Below, piece by piece: positions 15,944 to 24,321 of a stretch of 25,460 bases of DNA. This DNA comes from an uncultured Deferribacteres bacterium (GTDB lineage: Bacteria; Zhuqueibacterota; Zhuqueibacteria; Zhuqueibacterales; Geothermadaptataceae), in contig CAXHAT010000116.1 of the NCBI GenBank assembly GCA_964014485.1, positions 1-25,460 of the forward strand, given 5' to 3'. The notes under the pieces are model-generated. The model ran no database searches. It saw only the letters and a list, made by a program, of their open reading frames with translations, and had not been told where the DNA came from. The position numbers were made by a program, and so were the translations under genes. Position 1 is the first letter of the stretch. Each line of letters starts with the position of its first letter.

Positions 15944-16777
15944 TCACCAACCCATTAAGTAAACGGCGCCGCCAATAATGATCGCCGCGCTGACATTGAA
16001 GACTTTTATTGCGATTGCGTCTTTCAGCGAGTACGACACAAGCGGCAGCATTCCATGGCCGTCCTGCGAAATCGAGCTCGCCAACAGCACCGAAAACGGA
16101 ACAAGGCCTTCTGCAAAGAGCATCACGAAAATCAGGTGCGGGCCCGATTCGGGAATCGCGCCGACCAACGCGCCGAGTATCAAAACCAAAACAAGGTGGC
16201 TTTGGACGACGTCTCTCAGCTCCAGATATTCCGAACCCGCCTGCACGAGCAGCAGCGCAAAGAACGTCCAGAGAAAGACTCTGAGCATGTGGCGTTTGAC
16301 AATGTGATTCCAAACATGCTCAGTGAGATAGTGGCCGCGACGCCCTTCGTCCGCATGAATTTCGTGCATTTCACAAGTTGCGCAAGGCGCGTATTTCGCC
16401 GTTTTTACCAACTTGTCGGCCAGCCAGCCGAGCGGAATCGCCAGGATAAAAAGAATGGCGGAAAGCGCTATCGCCTGTGCCGGAAATCTGGCCAGCATCA
16501 CAAAAGCTTCATCTCCGGAGGTCGCGATCATGCCGGCTGTGATCGCGCCGAAGCTCAGGAAGCCGTGAACGTACATGCTCACGTTCATAAAGGCCCCGAA
16601 ACATCCGGGCGTGGCTCCAAGAAATGAAGCCGCGGCATATTGACGCCACTGGCTGCCGCGCATCAGGTTTCGAAATCGCCCGCCGCTTCTGACGTCCACG
16701 AAATCGATCACGAGCATCATGAGAAAAACGAGCGCCGTGATGCGCAGCGCGTGTGTAAAAATCTCCAGAAAAAACAT
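15944..16777 (-). CDS. Putative manganese / metal(loid) transporter (DUF2899 / ArsP_2-like)
   Basis: LGATPGCFGAF, IATSGDEAFV, C..C..H..H loop, H.WNHIVKRH, IPESGPHL, SISQDGHGMLPL. Confidence 0.85.
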   Translation of the reverse strand: MFFLEIFTHALRITALVFLMMLVIDFVDVRSGGRFRNLMRGSQWRQYAAASFLGATPGCFGAFMNVSMYVHGFLSFGAITAGMIATSGDEAFVMLARFPAQAIALSAILFILAIPLGWLADKLVKTAKYAPCATCEMHEIHADEGRRGHYLTEHVWNHIVKRHMLRVFLWTFFALLLVQAGSEYLELRDVVQSHLVLVLILGALVGAIPESGPHLIFVMLFAEGLVPFSVLLASSISQDGHGMLPLVSYSLKDAIAIKVFNVSAAIIIGGAVYLMGW

Positions 16778-16814
16778 GGCTCAGTCTCGGAAACAACGCT
16801 TCACGAAATGGCGG

Positions 16815-17183
16815 TTACATACCTGACCCGGCTATCAAAAATTTGCCGTCTCTTTCCCGTGACAAGCCCCAAATGACATAAAGTCCAAAGGCCGTTCCAA
16901 TCGGGAAAAAGATCAAGCTCATGGCTCCGAGAACATTTGCCAGGGGTTTGCCCCACTCATAATCGAAGAGCAGGCCGAAACCGGCGAATGCTCCGGGCAG
17001 AGCCAAGAGCGACAGGTAAATCAAAATCGCCAAGCCTTCCACACTTTCGAGCAAAACGAGGCTTGAGTTCTCTGAACCAATATCTCTGCCGATTATTGAG
17101 ATGAAGGCCATCGCCGCCAGAGCGAATCCGACGACGCTTGCGCCTGTAAACATCATTCCTGAAATCACGACGTGTCTGTTCAT
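16815..17183 (-). CDS. Hypothetical membrane protein
   Basis: Four hydrophobic segments; GFGLL...WGK, FPIGTAFGLY.IW; GGAGGTG RBS before ATG 17183. Confidence 0.75.
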   Translation of the reverse strand: MNRHVVISGMMFTGASVVGFALAAMAFISIIGRDIGSENSSLVLLESVEGLAILIYLSLLALPGAFAGFGLLFDYEWGKPLANVLGAMSLIFFPIGTAFGLYVIWGLSRERDGKFLIAGSGM

Positions 17184-17184
17184 T

Positions 17185-18291
17185 TTATCGCACCTCCGCG
17201 CTTTTATTAGCAATTTCAGACCGCCCGAACGCTGCGTATTCTGTCAATTTTTCCACCAGACCTTCCGCTGCGGCCTTTTCAATTTCGCCGTGCATCCACA
17301 ATTTTTCGAACACGGAATCCAATAGCCGCCGATTGCGGTCAACGCTATAATTGAAAAAAAGCGGTTCGCCGCTTTCATGTTTTTGAGAGTTGACGGCGGC
17401 AATCATCGGCGGGGTATTGTCTGAAAAATCGAAGTCCGCCAATTTGAGCGACCTGATTCTTGAATCTTCTCTGGTTTTGAAAAACAGCTCCAAATTCCTG
17501 GGATCGTAGACAATGCTCCACTGCGTGTCTTGCTGCTCCACCGCAGCCAGAACGCCAAGCGCGTCTTCCGCGATCGACGACGTTTGCGACGGACGATCAT
17601 TTTTCAGCAGCGTCGCCGCCCTAACGAATCTTTCCGGGGAATCAGGGCTGTCGCTCACAAGCTTTTCGCCGCCAAACTCTTTGTGAAATCCCAGATATTT
17701 GACGGCGTTCGCGTAGCTGTTATTGGTCAATACCGGCGCGCGGATTTGTTTTCCACTATAGAAAACCGGGCGGCCGTCCAGAAATTCTATCACCGCGACG
17801 CTGCCGAATCTGTCGCAGACGAAGTAATGCAAGCCGAAGAGCAGGCGGGAAATTCTGAGCAGCGCGTCGCTTGCAAGAACCTCCGCCGTCGATTCATAAT
17901 TATCCAATTGAAATTGAATCCATTGCAGTTCGGTGACGGTGGCGCGATGATCCGGAGCGGGGTATTTTGAAGGCGAATGGCTTAATTCTTCGATGACAAG
18001 TCCGGCTTGATTGATTCCGCCGAGCGGAAATTCTTTGCCGAATTGGTTAAACGTGATGCTGCCGAATCTGGATATCCATCTGGCGGGGGTTGCGTGTGAG
18101 TTGACGAAGGCGGTTTTCGAAATGCCCTTCTTGTTGACGACGATAAAGCCGTCGCCGATCATCCAGTCAAGATTTTTAGCCACGACGATTCCATCGCCGC
18201 GCTTCAGACAAAAAGCGGTGCAAGCTTCAGAAGGCGAACTCGAGCTCTGAAGTAAAAAAATGATCGAAATTGTTAATCCGAGCCCTCTCAT
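17185..18291 (-). CDS. Secreted linear amide C-N hydrolase (choloylglycine hydrolase / penicillin V acylase family, Ntn fold)
   Basis: Signal peptide ending SEA-CTAF (N-terminal Cys nucleophile); KNLDW, GGINQAGL, WIQFQLDN, LTNN, S..RFVRA, TQWSIVYD. Confidence 0.92.
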   Translation of the reverse strand: MRGLGLTISIIFLLQSSSSPSEACTAFCLKRGDGIVVAKNLDWMIGDGFIVVNKKGISKTAFVNSHATPARWISRFGSITFNQFGKEFPLGGINQAGLVIEELSHSPSKYPAPDHRATVTELQWIQFQLDNYESTAEVLASDALLRISRLLFGLHYFVCDRFGSVAVIEFLDGRPVFYSGKQIRAPVLTNNSYANAVKYLGFHKEFGGEKLVSDSPDSPERFVRAATLLKNDRPSQTSSIAEDALGVLAAVEQQDTQWSIVYDPRNLELFFKTREDSRIRSLKLADFDFSDNTPPMIAAVNSQKHESGEPLFFNYSVDRNRRLLDSVFEKLWMHGEIEKAAAEGLVEKLTEYAAFGRSEIANKSAEVR

Positions 18292-18312
18292 TTTGGTTAA
18301 ACTCTTTATTAA

Positions 18313-18451
18313 ATGATGTTACGCACCAGTTGTGAAGCCAAAGAAACTCCTGTCAAAGTCATTCCCGCGCAGCCCCTGGATTCCCGCCTGCGCGGGAATG
18401 ACGTAAAAGCGACGTTTCGCTTGAGAAATCCCCAAGAGTGCATATCATCAG
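18313..18451. mobile_element. CTGATGTTACGC-TIR MITE, copy E
   Basis: ATGATGTTACGCAC ... GTGCATATCATCAG; TTATTAA direct repeats at 18306-18312 and 18452-18458; interior aligns with copy C apart from an internal deletion. Confidence 0.85.
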
Positions 18452-18648
18452 TTATTAAAATTCGCTCAGAGCGGGCGGGCTGCCCGAAAGGAAAAACGTT
18501 GTACGGGTAGCCCCACCACCCGCCTCTTGGCGGCCATTCAAAAATGACCATCGGGAGCGACAGGAGAACTAAAATCCCAAAATACACGGCCAGAACGATC
18601 GCAACCTCCTTGCCTTTTTCCGGCCTTTCTTTCTTGAGAACTAACCGC

Positions 18649-18858
18649 CTAACTCTTTTTCGTGTAAATGACGTACTCGACCATTAGAAAGAACAATGGA
18701 AACGCCAGGCTCACTAAAATTTGCGTATCCAGGCCGACGACGCTTGCGCCGCTGATTTGATTTAGCGCCCGGAAGACAAGAAATATGATCGCGCCTAGCG
18801 ACAGGCTTTGAAGCGTGCCGAATATCCAAAATATTTTCGTACTCATGACTAAACTCAC
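18649..18858 (-). CDS. Small two-TM membrane protein
   Basis: Two hydrophobic helices; coupled to the uspA stop (alternative ATG 18846). Confidence 0.65.
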   Translation of the reverse strand: MSLVMSTKIFWIFGTLQSLSLGAIIFLVFRALNQISGASVVGLDTQILVSLAFPLFFLMVEYVIYTKKS

Positions 18859-19763
18859 ATTAATTGCGCATTGACCGACAGCACGGGAATCGGGGATTTC
18901 CGAACGACCTTTTCTGTTGTCGAGCCAAGGAGCAGGTGTTCAAAACCGCTGAGCCCGTGCGTTGACATCACGATCAGGTCGACCTCGTTTTTCTCCGCAA
19001 AATGGATAATTTCCGTGTGCGCCCGTCCTTCCAAAATGTGAAAATCGCGTTTGATTTCTTTCGGGATCGCTTTCTCGGCGACTTCTTGCATCATGGGTAT
19101 TTGCCGTTCGCGAATAACGGGGCTCATGTTGAAAAGAGACGGGTCTCCGAAACCAAGGTAAGCCGGGTTGGCAATGTCTTCGACCACATGAACGAATTGC
19201 ACGTCCGCTTCAAACTTTTGCGCCAAAGCCGCAGCCGGCTCCAGCGCCGACTCCGAACATTTTGAAAAGTCAAGCGGCACAAGAATCCGCCTGAAATCCG
19301 GTTTGACGAGCCTGTTACCAAACGCATATTTAATGGTCATAACCGGACGCTTTTGATTCCGAATCAGGCGTTCCGCCACGCTGCCGAGAAGCATGTGTTC
19401 AATGCCGGTGCGGCCGTGCGTGCCCATAATGATCAAATCCACTTCATGGTCGGCGGCATAGAACAAAAGCTCTTCGGGGATGGAAGCGCCGCGCAAGACA
19501 ACCTTGCGGTATTTCGCCGTCTGTGCTGCGCTCGCTTGCTTCGCAATCAACTCTTGCGCGTCCTTTTCAGCAGCGGCGTAGAGTTCTTCCAGATCCGGAA
19601 AGCGCTCGCGGAGATAACTCGCATGGCGCTTGAAAACCGAGACGATATGTAAAAAAGCGACGTCAGAACCAAAGCGGCTCGACAGGGTCGCAGCATAGCA
19701 AGCGGCCCTGTTTGCATCTTCAGAAAAATCAGTCGGGACAAGGATATTTTTTGGCGTCCACAT
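18855..19763 (-). CDS. Universal stress protein, tandem UspA domains
   Basis: Two copies of ILVP.DFS ... DLI.M.THG..G.EH.LLGS..E..R...PV. Confidence 0.95.
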   Translation of the reverse strand: MWTPKNILVPTDFSEDANRAACYAATLSSRFGSDVAFLHIVSVFKRHASYLRERFPDLEELYAAAEKDAQELIAKQASAAQTAKYRKVVLRGASIPEELLFYAADHEVDLIIMGTHGRTGIEHMLLGSVAERLIRNQKRPVMTIKYAFGNRLVKPDFRRILVPLDFSKCSESALEPAAALAQKFEADVQFVHVVEDIANPAYLGFGDPSLFNMSPVIRERQIPMMQEVAEKAIPKEIKRDFHILEGRAHTEIIHFAEKNEVDLIVMSTHGLSGFEHLLLGSTTEKVVRKSPIPVLSVNAQLM

Positions 19764-19772
19764 TTTCCGCCC

Positions 19773-21026
19773 TCAGTTAAGTCCAATTTGTCGCGCCAAC
19801 GCCCGCAGGTCTTCCGACGTGGCGGGAATGCACGACAAAAGTTTTTTGCTGTTTTTGCCGATCCACGGATCGGTCGTCGCATCTGACCGAAGGCCGCCTT
19901 CAACGCCAATCAAGTAGCGCCATTCAGACCGCCATTCATCGTTGTATATTTGCAGCATCTCGTCAGACTCGCCGTCTCGCAGAATCTTGCTAATGGTCGC
20001 AGTCAGGTCATCGGCTTCAAAAAGCCCGACGTTCATGCTCTGAATTCCGGCCGGGCCGGTGAGATGAGCGGCGTCTCCTGCGAGCCACACGTGCTGTCTG
20101 CCATAGGCTTCGGTCAGCCGTCGCTCGAAGCGCACCACCAATCGCCACATGATTTCATCGACGTTGCCTCGAAACCAGGGCGCCCGCGTCTCCAGCAATT
20201 CGAACAGATGATCTTTCGCCAGGACGGGGTACTTTCCGGAACCGATTTGTACCTGGAAGCGATCCTTCATGCGACTGTCTTCCGAGGCCAGGTATTCCGG
20301 CAATTCAAAGCTCCAGCGGCACAGTCCTCCCGGCAGCGGCCAAAGCACGCTCATGGCGTCATCGCCGATCACCAGCTTCATCTCATGCTGCAAATCCAAA
20401 TCTGTCTTGAACTCAAAAACGGCGAAGTTTTGCGTCTCGCCGACAATGGGAAAGTCGATCTTCAAGGAGCGGCGGGTGAAAGAGTTCAAGCCGTCCGCAC
20501 CAATCACAAACGGCACGTCAAATCGTTCCGATTTGCCGACGACCCATTCCGAACGGGCAACGATATATCCGAGAGATTCTTTGGTGAGTTTATCAACCAC
20601 GACATGTGCGTGATCATCAAGTGAGGTAATGTGCGCAAGGCGGTGATTCCACAGAACTTTGACACCGCGGTCGGCAAGCGCTTTTTCCAAAATGCCTTCA
20701 AGCATATTTTGCTGCATGACGGCGAGAAACGAAAAATCTTCCCGCAGATCGGTAATCCGCATTTCGGCACGCCGCTTTTGGCCGTCATAGAGTCCAATCG
20801 TGCGAACTTTGTAGCTGTGTGCGAGAATCTCTTCCAGCAGTCCGAGCTTCTCGAAAAGCTTCAGAGTATTGGCGTGGAGAGCGAGGGCGTAGCTGTGACC
20901 TGCGCGCCGCCAATCTTTATCGATAATTTGGACGGGAATCCCCCTTTCAGTGAGCGCCAGTGCGGCAAACAGACCCACGGGACCGGCGCCGGCAATCAAG
21001 ACTTCCGGATGTTTTTTGCCAAACAT
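19773..21026 (-). CDS. FAD-dependent monooxygenase (PheA/TfdB, UbiH-like)
   Basis: GAGPVG, IGADG..S..R, LAGDAAH..PAG.Q.MN.G; AAGGAGG RBS before ATG 21026. Confidence 0.92.
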   Translation of the reverse strand: MFGKKHPEVLIAGAGPVGLFAALALTERGIPVQIIDKDWRRAGHSYALALHANTLKLFEKLGLLEEILAHSYKVRTIGLYDGQKRRAEMRITDLREDFSFLAVMQQNMLEGILEKALADRGVKVLWNHRLAHITSLDDHAHVVVDKLTKESLGYIVARSEWVVGKSERFDVPFVIGADGLNSFTRRSLKIDFPIVGETQNFAVFEFKTDLDLQHEMKLVIGDDAMSVLWPLPGGLCRWSFELPEYLASEDSRMKDRFQVQIGSGKYPVLAKDHLFELLETRAPWFRGNVDEIMWRLVVRFERRLTEAYGRQHVWLAGDAAHLTGPAGIQSMNVGLFEADDLTATISKILRDGESDEMLQIYNDEWRSEWRYLIGVEGGLRSDATTDPWIGKNSKKLLSCIPATSEDLRALARQIGLN

Positions 21027-21251
21027 GTCGATACCTCCTTTGGTCGTTTTGCCGCAGCGAAATTTTGAGTTCCGCAATCAGAAATATCGCCGGCGCCGGA
21101 TTGGTGTTTTTTGAAAGAGTTACACCCAAACACTGCGGCATTGGTTAGAAAGAGCTAAGATTTTTAAGACTCGCCGTCCATAAAATTCGGATTCGCGACA
21201 ACTCTCTTCGGAGCTCGACGCTTCATCATCGTCGGCGGCGGCAAACTATGC

Positions 21252-21271
21252 TCAAACGCCGAAGCGTTTGA
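21252..21271. terminator. Hairpin downstream of the YncE-like gene
   Basis: TCAAACGC-CGAA-GCGTTTGA about 20 nt after the stop at 21293; no U-tract. Confidence 0.3.
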
Positions 21272-21292
21272 CTCCAAAGCTACTCAAAATCC

Positions 21293-22336
21293 TCAGTTCC
21301 TGGGGACAAAGCCTTTCGGTTTCCCGAACATCACGCCCCAGGAACGATCGCCGCCGAGATCTGTCGTCGTCAAAACCGCTTGATTCACAAGGTCGACCAA
21401 GGTCACTTTGAGCCCGGTTGTCATTGCCAAACGCCCGCTGCGGTTAAGACCGATTTGCTGCTGTCCGTGAGGAAGCTCGAGCGTCTTGACCAGCAAGAGT
21501 GACTTCGCGTCGATGATTGATAAAAAATGTCCTCCTACAGTAACAATTTCACTGCCGTCGATTGAAATTTGAACACACCTCGGGCTGTAGTCGAGCTGAA
21601 TTTCGGCGGCGATATCGAATGTTCGTGCGTCAATCACGATGATTTGCTGCGTCGCGGCGCCGATCACCAACTTCCCGTCTCGGCTCAAAACCAACTCGCT
21701 GACGCCCGTAAACCCGGTTTCAATCGTTTCGACCAGTTGCAGCGATTCTACTTTAACGACATGCACCCGGCCGGAATTCAGACTGGCGGCAAAGGCGTAT
21801 TTTCCGTCTGATCCGATGACGATTCCGCTCGGATAGTCATACTCGTCAGTCAGTGGAATCACGGCAAGCGTCGTCATCGTTTCCGCGTCTAAAGCTGCGA
21901 CTGCGTGGTCTTGCAAAAGCGTTACGAAAATGCGTTTACCGTTCGGCGTTATTGCAATATCCAACGGCTGGGAATCGCGGGGCAAAAGCGTCGTCTTCAG
22001 GATCGCATAATTGGACAAGTCCGCTTTGCTGACGCCGGACGGCCCTTGATGCGTGATAAATCCATGCCGTTCATTTGGAGCCAGGACAATATTGGGCGCG
22101 GAAGCGGCTGGAACCGCGATTCGCGTTACTTCAGCCATTGTCGGGACGTCGAGCACGGTGACGTACGAATCCCACATATGCCCGATAAAGGCGATTTCAG
22201 GCGCGTGTTCAAAAACCGCTTCGCTCACCGGAGCGGTCTTGGACAATTCCGGCTCCGGCGGTGCGACCATTTCGCCGGTACGCGGGCATGCGCACAGCAT
22301 CCATGCGAGCAAAAGAATGTATTTTTTGCTCATCAT
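21293..22336 (-). CDS. YncE/YVTN-family beta-propeller lipoprotein
   Basis: Lipobox LCAC; ~42-aa repeats such as PLDIAITPNGKRIFVT, PSGIVIGSDGKYAF, V..ID..T. Confidence 0.85.
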   Translation of the reverse strand: MMSKKYILLLAWMLCACPRTGEMVAPPEPELSKTAPVSEAVFEHAPEIAFIGHMWDSYVTVLDVPTMAEVTRIAVPAASAPNIVLAPNERHGFITHQGPSGVSKADLSNYAILKTTLLPRDSQPLDIAITPNGKRIFVTLLQDHAVAALDAETMTTLAVIPLTDEYDYPSGIVIGSDGKYAFAASLNSGRVHVVKVESLQLVETIETGFTGVSELVLSRDGKLVIGAATQQIIVIDARTFDIAAEIQLDYSPRCVQISIDGSEIVTVGGHFLSIIDAKSLLLVKTLELPHGQQQIGLNRSGRLAMTTGLKVTLVDLVNQAVLTTTDLGGDRSWGVMFGKPKGFVPRN

Positions 22337-22484
22337 TTGGCCTCGCAAACTCCTGATTTTAGTCCACGCTTTTTTGTCACTCGTCCGCTTTCATGTTTGG
22401 CGCCCGCCGTGAAAATCACCGCAGGCGCCAAACTGAATGCCCCGAGAAAAATTGCATCGCTTCGGGATTCGAATAAAATGCGCT

Positions 22485-22985
22485 TCAAGTGCCGAACGGA
22501 TTGAAATCAAGGTTCCAGATCGCCATTTTTATCTTGAAGGCGCCGTCCTTCTGCTTCTGCCATATCGTAAAAGTCGAGCCATAAAACGCTCTGGGCTTGC
22601 CGCCTTCTTTCGGCTTGACCGACATGCCGAAAGTCCCTCGCTCATAAACCAAATCGCCGCACACCCACAAATCTTCTGAAGCGCCGTCAATCGAGTCAAT
22701 TTTCCAACCTTCCTTCGCGCCTTCTTCAAAGCGTTTTCTTAAAGCGGCTTTGCCAATAATCGTCGGTTGAAAATCCGGCATAAGTATGACGTCGTCGGTG
22801 TAGAATTCCAGTTGGGCTTCATAGTCTCCGGATATAACCGTCTGTCTTAATTCTTCTCCAATTTCTCCAAGCTTTTTTTCTATTTTATCCAGATCATTTT
22901 GCGCCAATAAATCCGACGAAGCCAAAGCGCCGCCCGCCAAAAAGAAGGCGATCGACAAAATCGAGATCAAATGACTTTTCTTCAT
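22485..22985 (-). CDS. Secreted DUF4440/SnoaL-like protein, paralog of 7974-8480
   Basis: Shares AQ.DLDK, GDY.AQL..YTDD, DLW.CGDLVY.RGTFGM, KPRA..GS, KQKDG.FKIKM.IWNLDFNPFG; GGAGA RBS. Confidence 0.88.
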   Translation of the reverse strand: MKKSHLISILSIAFFLAGGALASSDLLAQNDLDKIEKKLGEIGEELRQTVISGDYEAQLEFYTDDVILMPDFQPTIIGKAALRKRFEEGAKEGWKIDSIDGASEDLWVCGDLVYERGTFGMSVKPKEGGKPRAFYGSTFTIWQKQKDGAFKIKMAIWNLDFNPFGT

Positions 22986-23482
22986 TTTATTCTCCGATGA
23001 ACTTTACGTTGGAAAAGGCTTATTGAGAACATGACCAACGCGTGCAATCGCGGCGTTCTGCGGGCATGAGAAAAAGGTGAGCAGCGCTGTGTTCGAATTC
23101 GCAAAATGCAGTCGTCAAAGGAGCAGGCTTCACGCATCGTTGCGCTGTTGGCTGAATTTGGAAAACGCAATATAGGCGCCAGAGGTCTGGGGAAGGAATC
23201 GAGCCTAATTAACTGAAAATACGAGGCCAAGGCTCCCCTCCGAACTCAATGATTCTTGAGTTTGCAAATAGGCGGGCGGGGATTGTCAGATTTGGGAATA
23301 AGGCGGGTCATCTTTGGGCGGCATTTCTTGTAAACCGTCCAGAGGTTTCGGGGTCATAAAAGCATATTTGGAAGGTTCAAAATTGGGTAAACGTTCATGC
23401 TTGGCGACTCAAGAAGCTGATTCAAAAATGCCACAGGGACAGTCGAAAACAGGAGGCCGTACCACAACATGGCGCACAGATC

Positions 23483-23510
23483 GTAGGGGTTCAAGATTTT
23501 GAACCCCTAC
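23483..23510. repeat. GTAG-type REP palindrome
   Basis: GTAGGGGTTCAA-GATT-TTGAACCCCTAC, perfect 12-bp stem. Confidence 0.75.
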
Positions 23511-23657
23511 CACAGATTGTACAGCGCCCGCTAAATTATATGCTTTGGGACAATTTCCCGGCGTCAGTTGTTTCTGGAGAAACTCGGACGTTCTTATGCT
23601 GCGACAATACGTCTGTGCATTGCCATCTTACCGGAACGCCGGTTTTCAACGCGAGCA

Positions 23658-24197
23658 CTATCGCTTGGAAATACGCATTGTAACCGCATCCTTTTCGATC
23701 TTCTTCACCGCGCCTTTGTCGATAATCACGATCCGGGATTTGGCTTCAATTTCGGAGCCCGCTTTTAGCCCGACCAAAGCGCCGCCCGCGCCAAACAAAG
23801 CCGTGGAAAAAAACAATGGCGATACGCCGCCTATTTGTTCATCAGAGTCGTTGTCCGTTCCGATGTAACCAACGGCCGCGCCAACCGCGGCGCCGGCCGC
23901 CAAGCCGAAGAACATGCCATGAACGGCGCCGCGCGTTTTATGATGCGTAACAATGCTGGCTATTTCCGAATTCGCAATTGTTTGTTTATCACTTGTCGCC
24001 GGATCAAAATAAAACAAAGAATCCCCGCAGATAAAAAGATCAAAAATATGCAAGTTCTCGCCGCCGCGCAAAGTTAGTTTTGCACACTTGTATCGCGGCT
24101 TCAGATTGGCTTCTTCAGCCGATGAATATTTGCGAGTCGACGTACAAGCTGTGAGAAAAAACAAGAAAATCAGAGTCAGGACAAGTTTAAATTTCAT
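23658..24197 (-). CDS. Hypothetical lipoprotein with glycine-zipper-like hydrophobic hairpin
   Basis: Lipobox LTAC after MKFKLVLTLIFLFF; GLAAGAAVGAAVG and GAGGALVGLKAG; GGGAGA RBS before ATG 24197. Confidence 0.75.
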   Translation of the reverse strand: MKFKLVLTLIFLFFLTACTSTRKYSSAEEANLKPRYKCAKLTLRGGENLHIFDLFICGDSLFYFDPATSDKQTIANSEIASIVTHHKTRGAVHGMFFGLAAGAAVGAAVGYIGTDNDSDEQIGGVSPLFFSTALFGAGGALVGLKAGSEIEAKSRIVIIDKGAVKKIEKDAVTMRISKR

Positions 24198-24321
24198 GAT
24201 AACTTTCTCCCGAACATGACGGTAATCTTCAAAATTGGCGTCGCTCATTTTCGCCTGGAACCGCGCGAAATCCATCGAAGCCGCCCTGGATTGGCGGTGC
24301 GCTCCGGCGTCAGGTTCCGCC

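Noticed and set aside
10814..18451. CRISPR array made of the recurring GTCATTCC or GATGTTACGC sequences
   Set aside because: Copies are inverted pairs kilobases apart, not regularly spaced direct repeats.
22990..23480. Possible gene or ncRNA in the ~500-bp gap
   Set aside because: The short ORFs lack an RBS or motifs and only weak hairpins are visible; no call can be supported.
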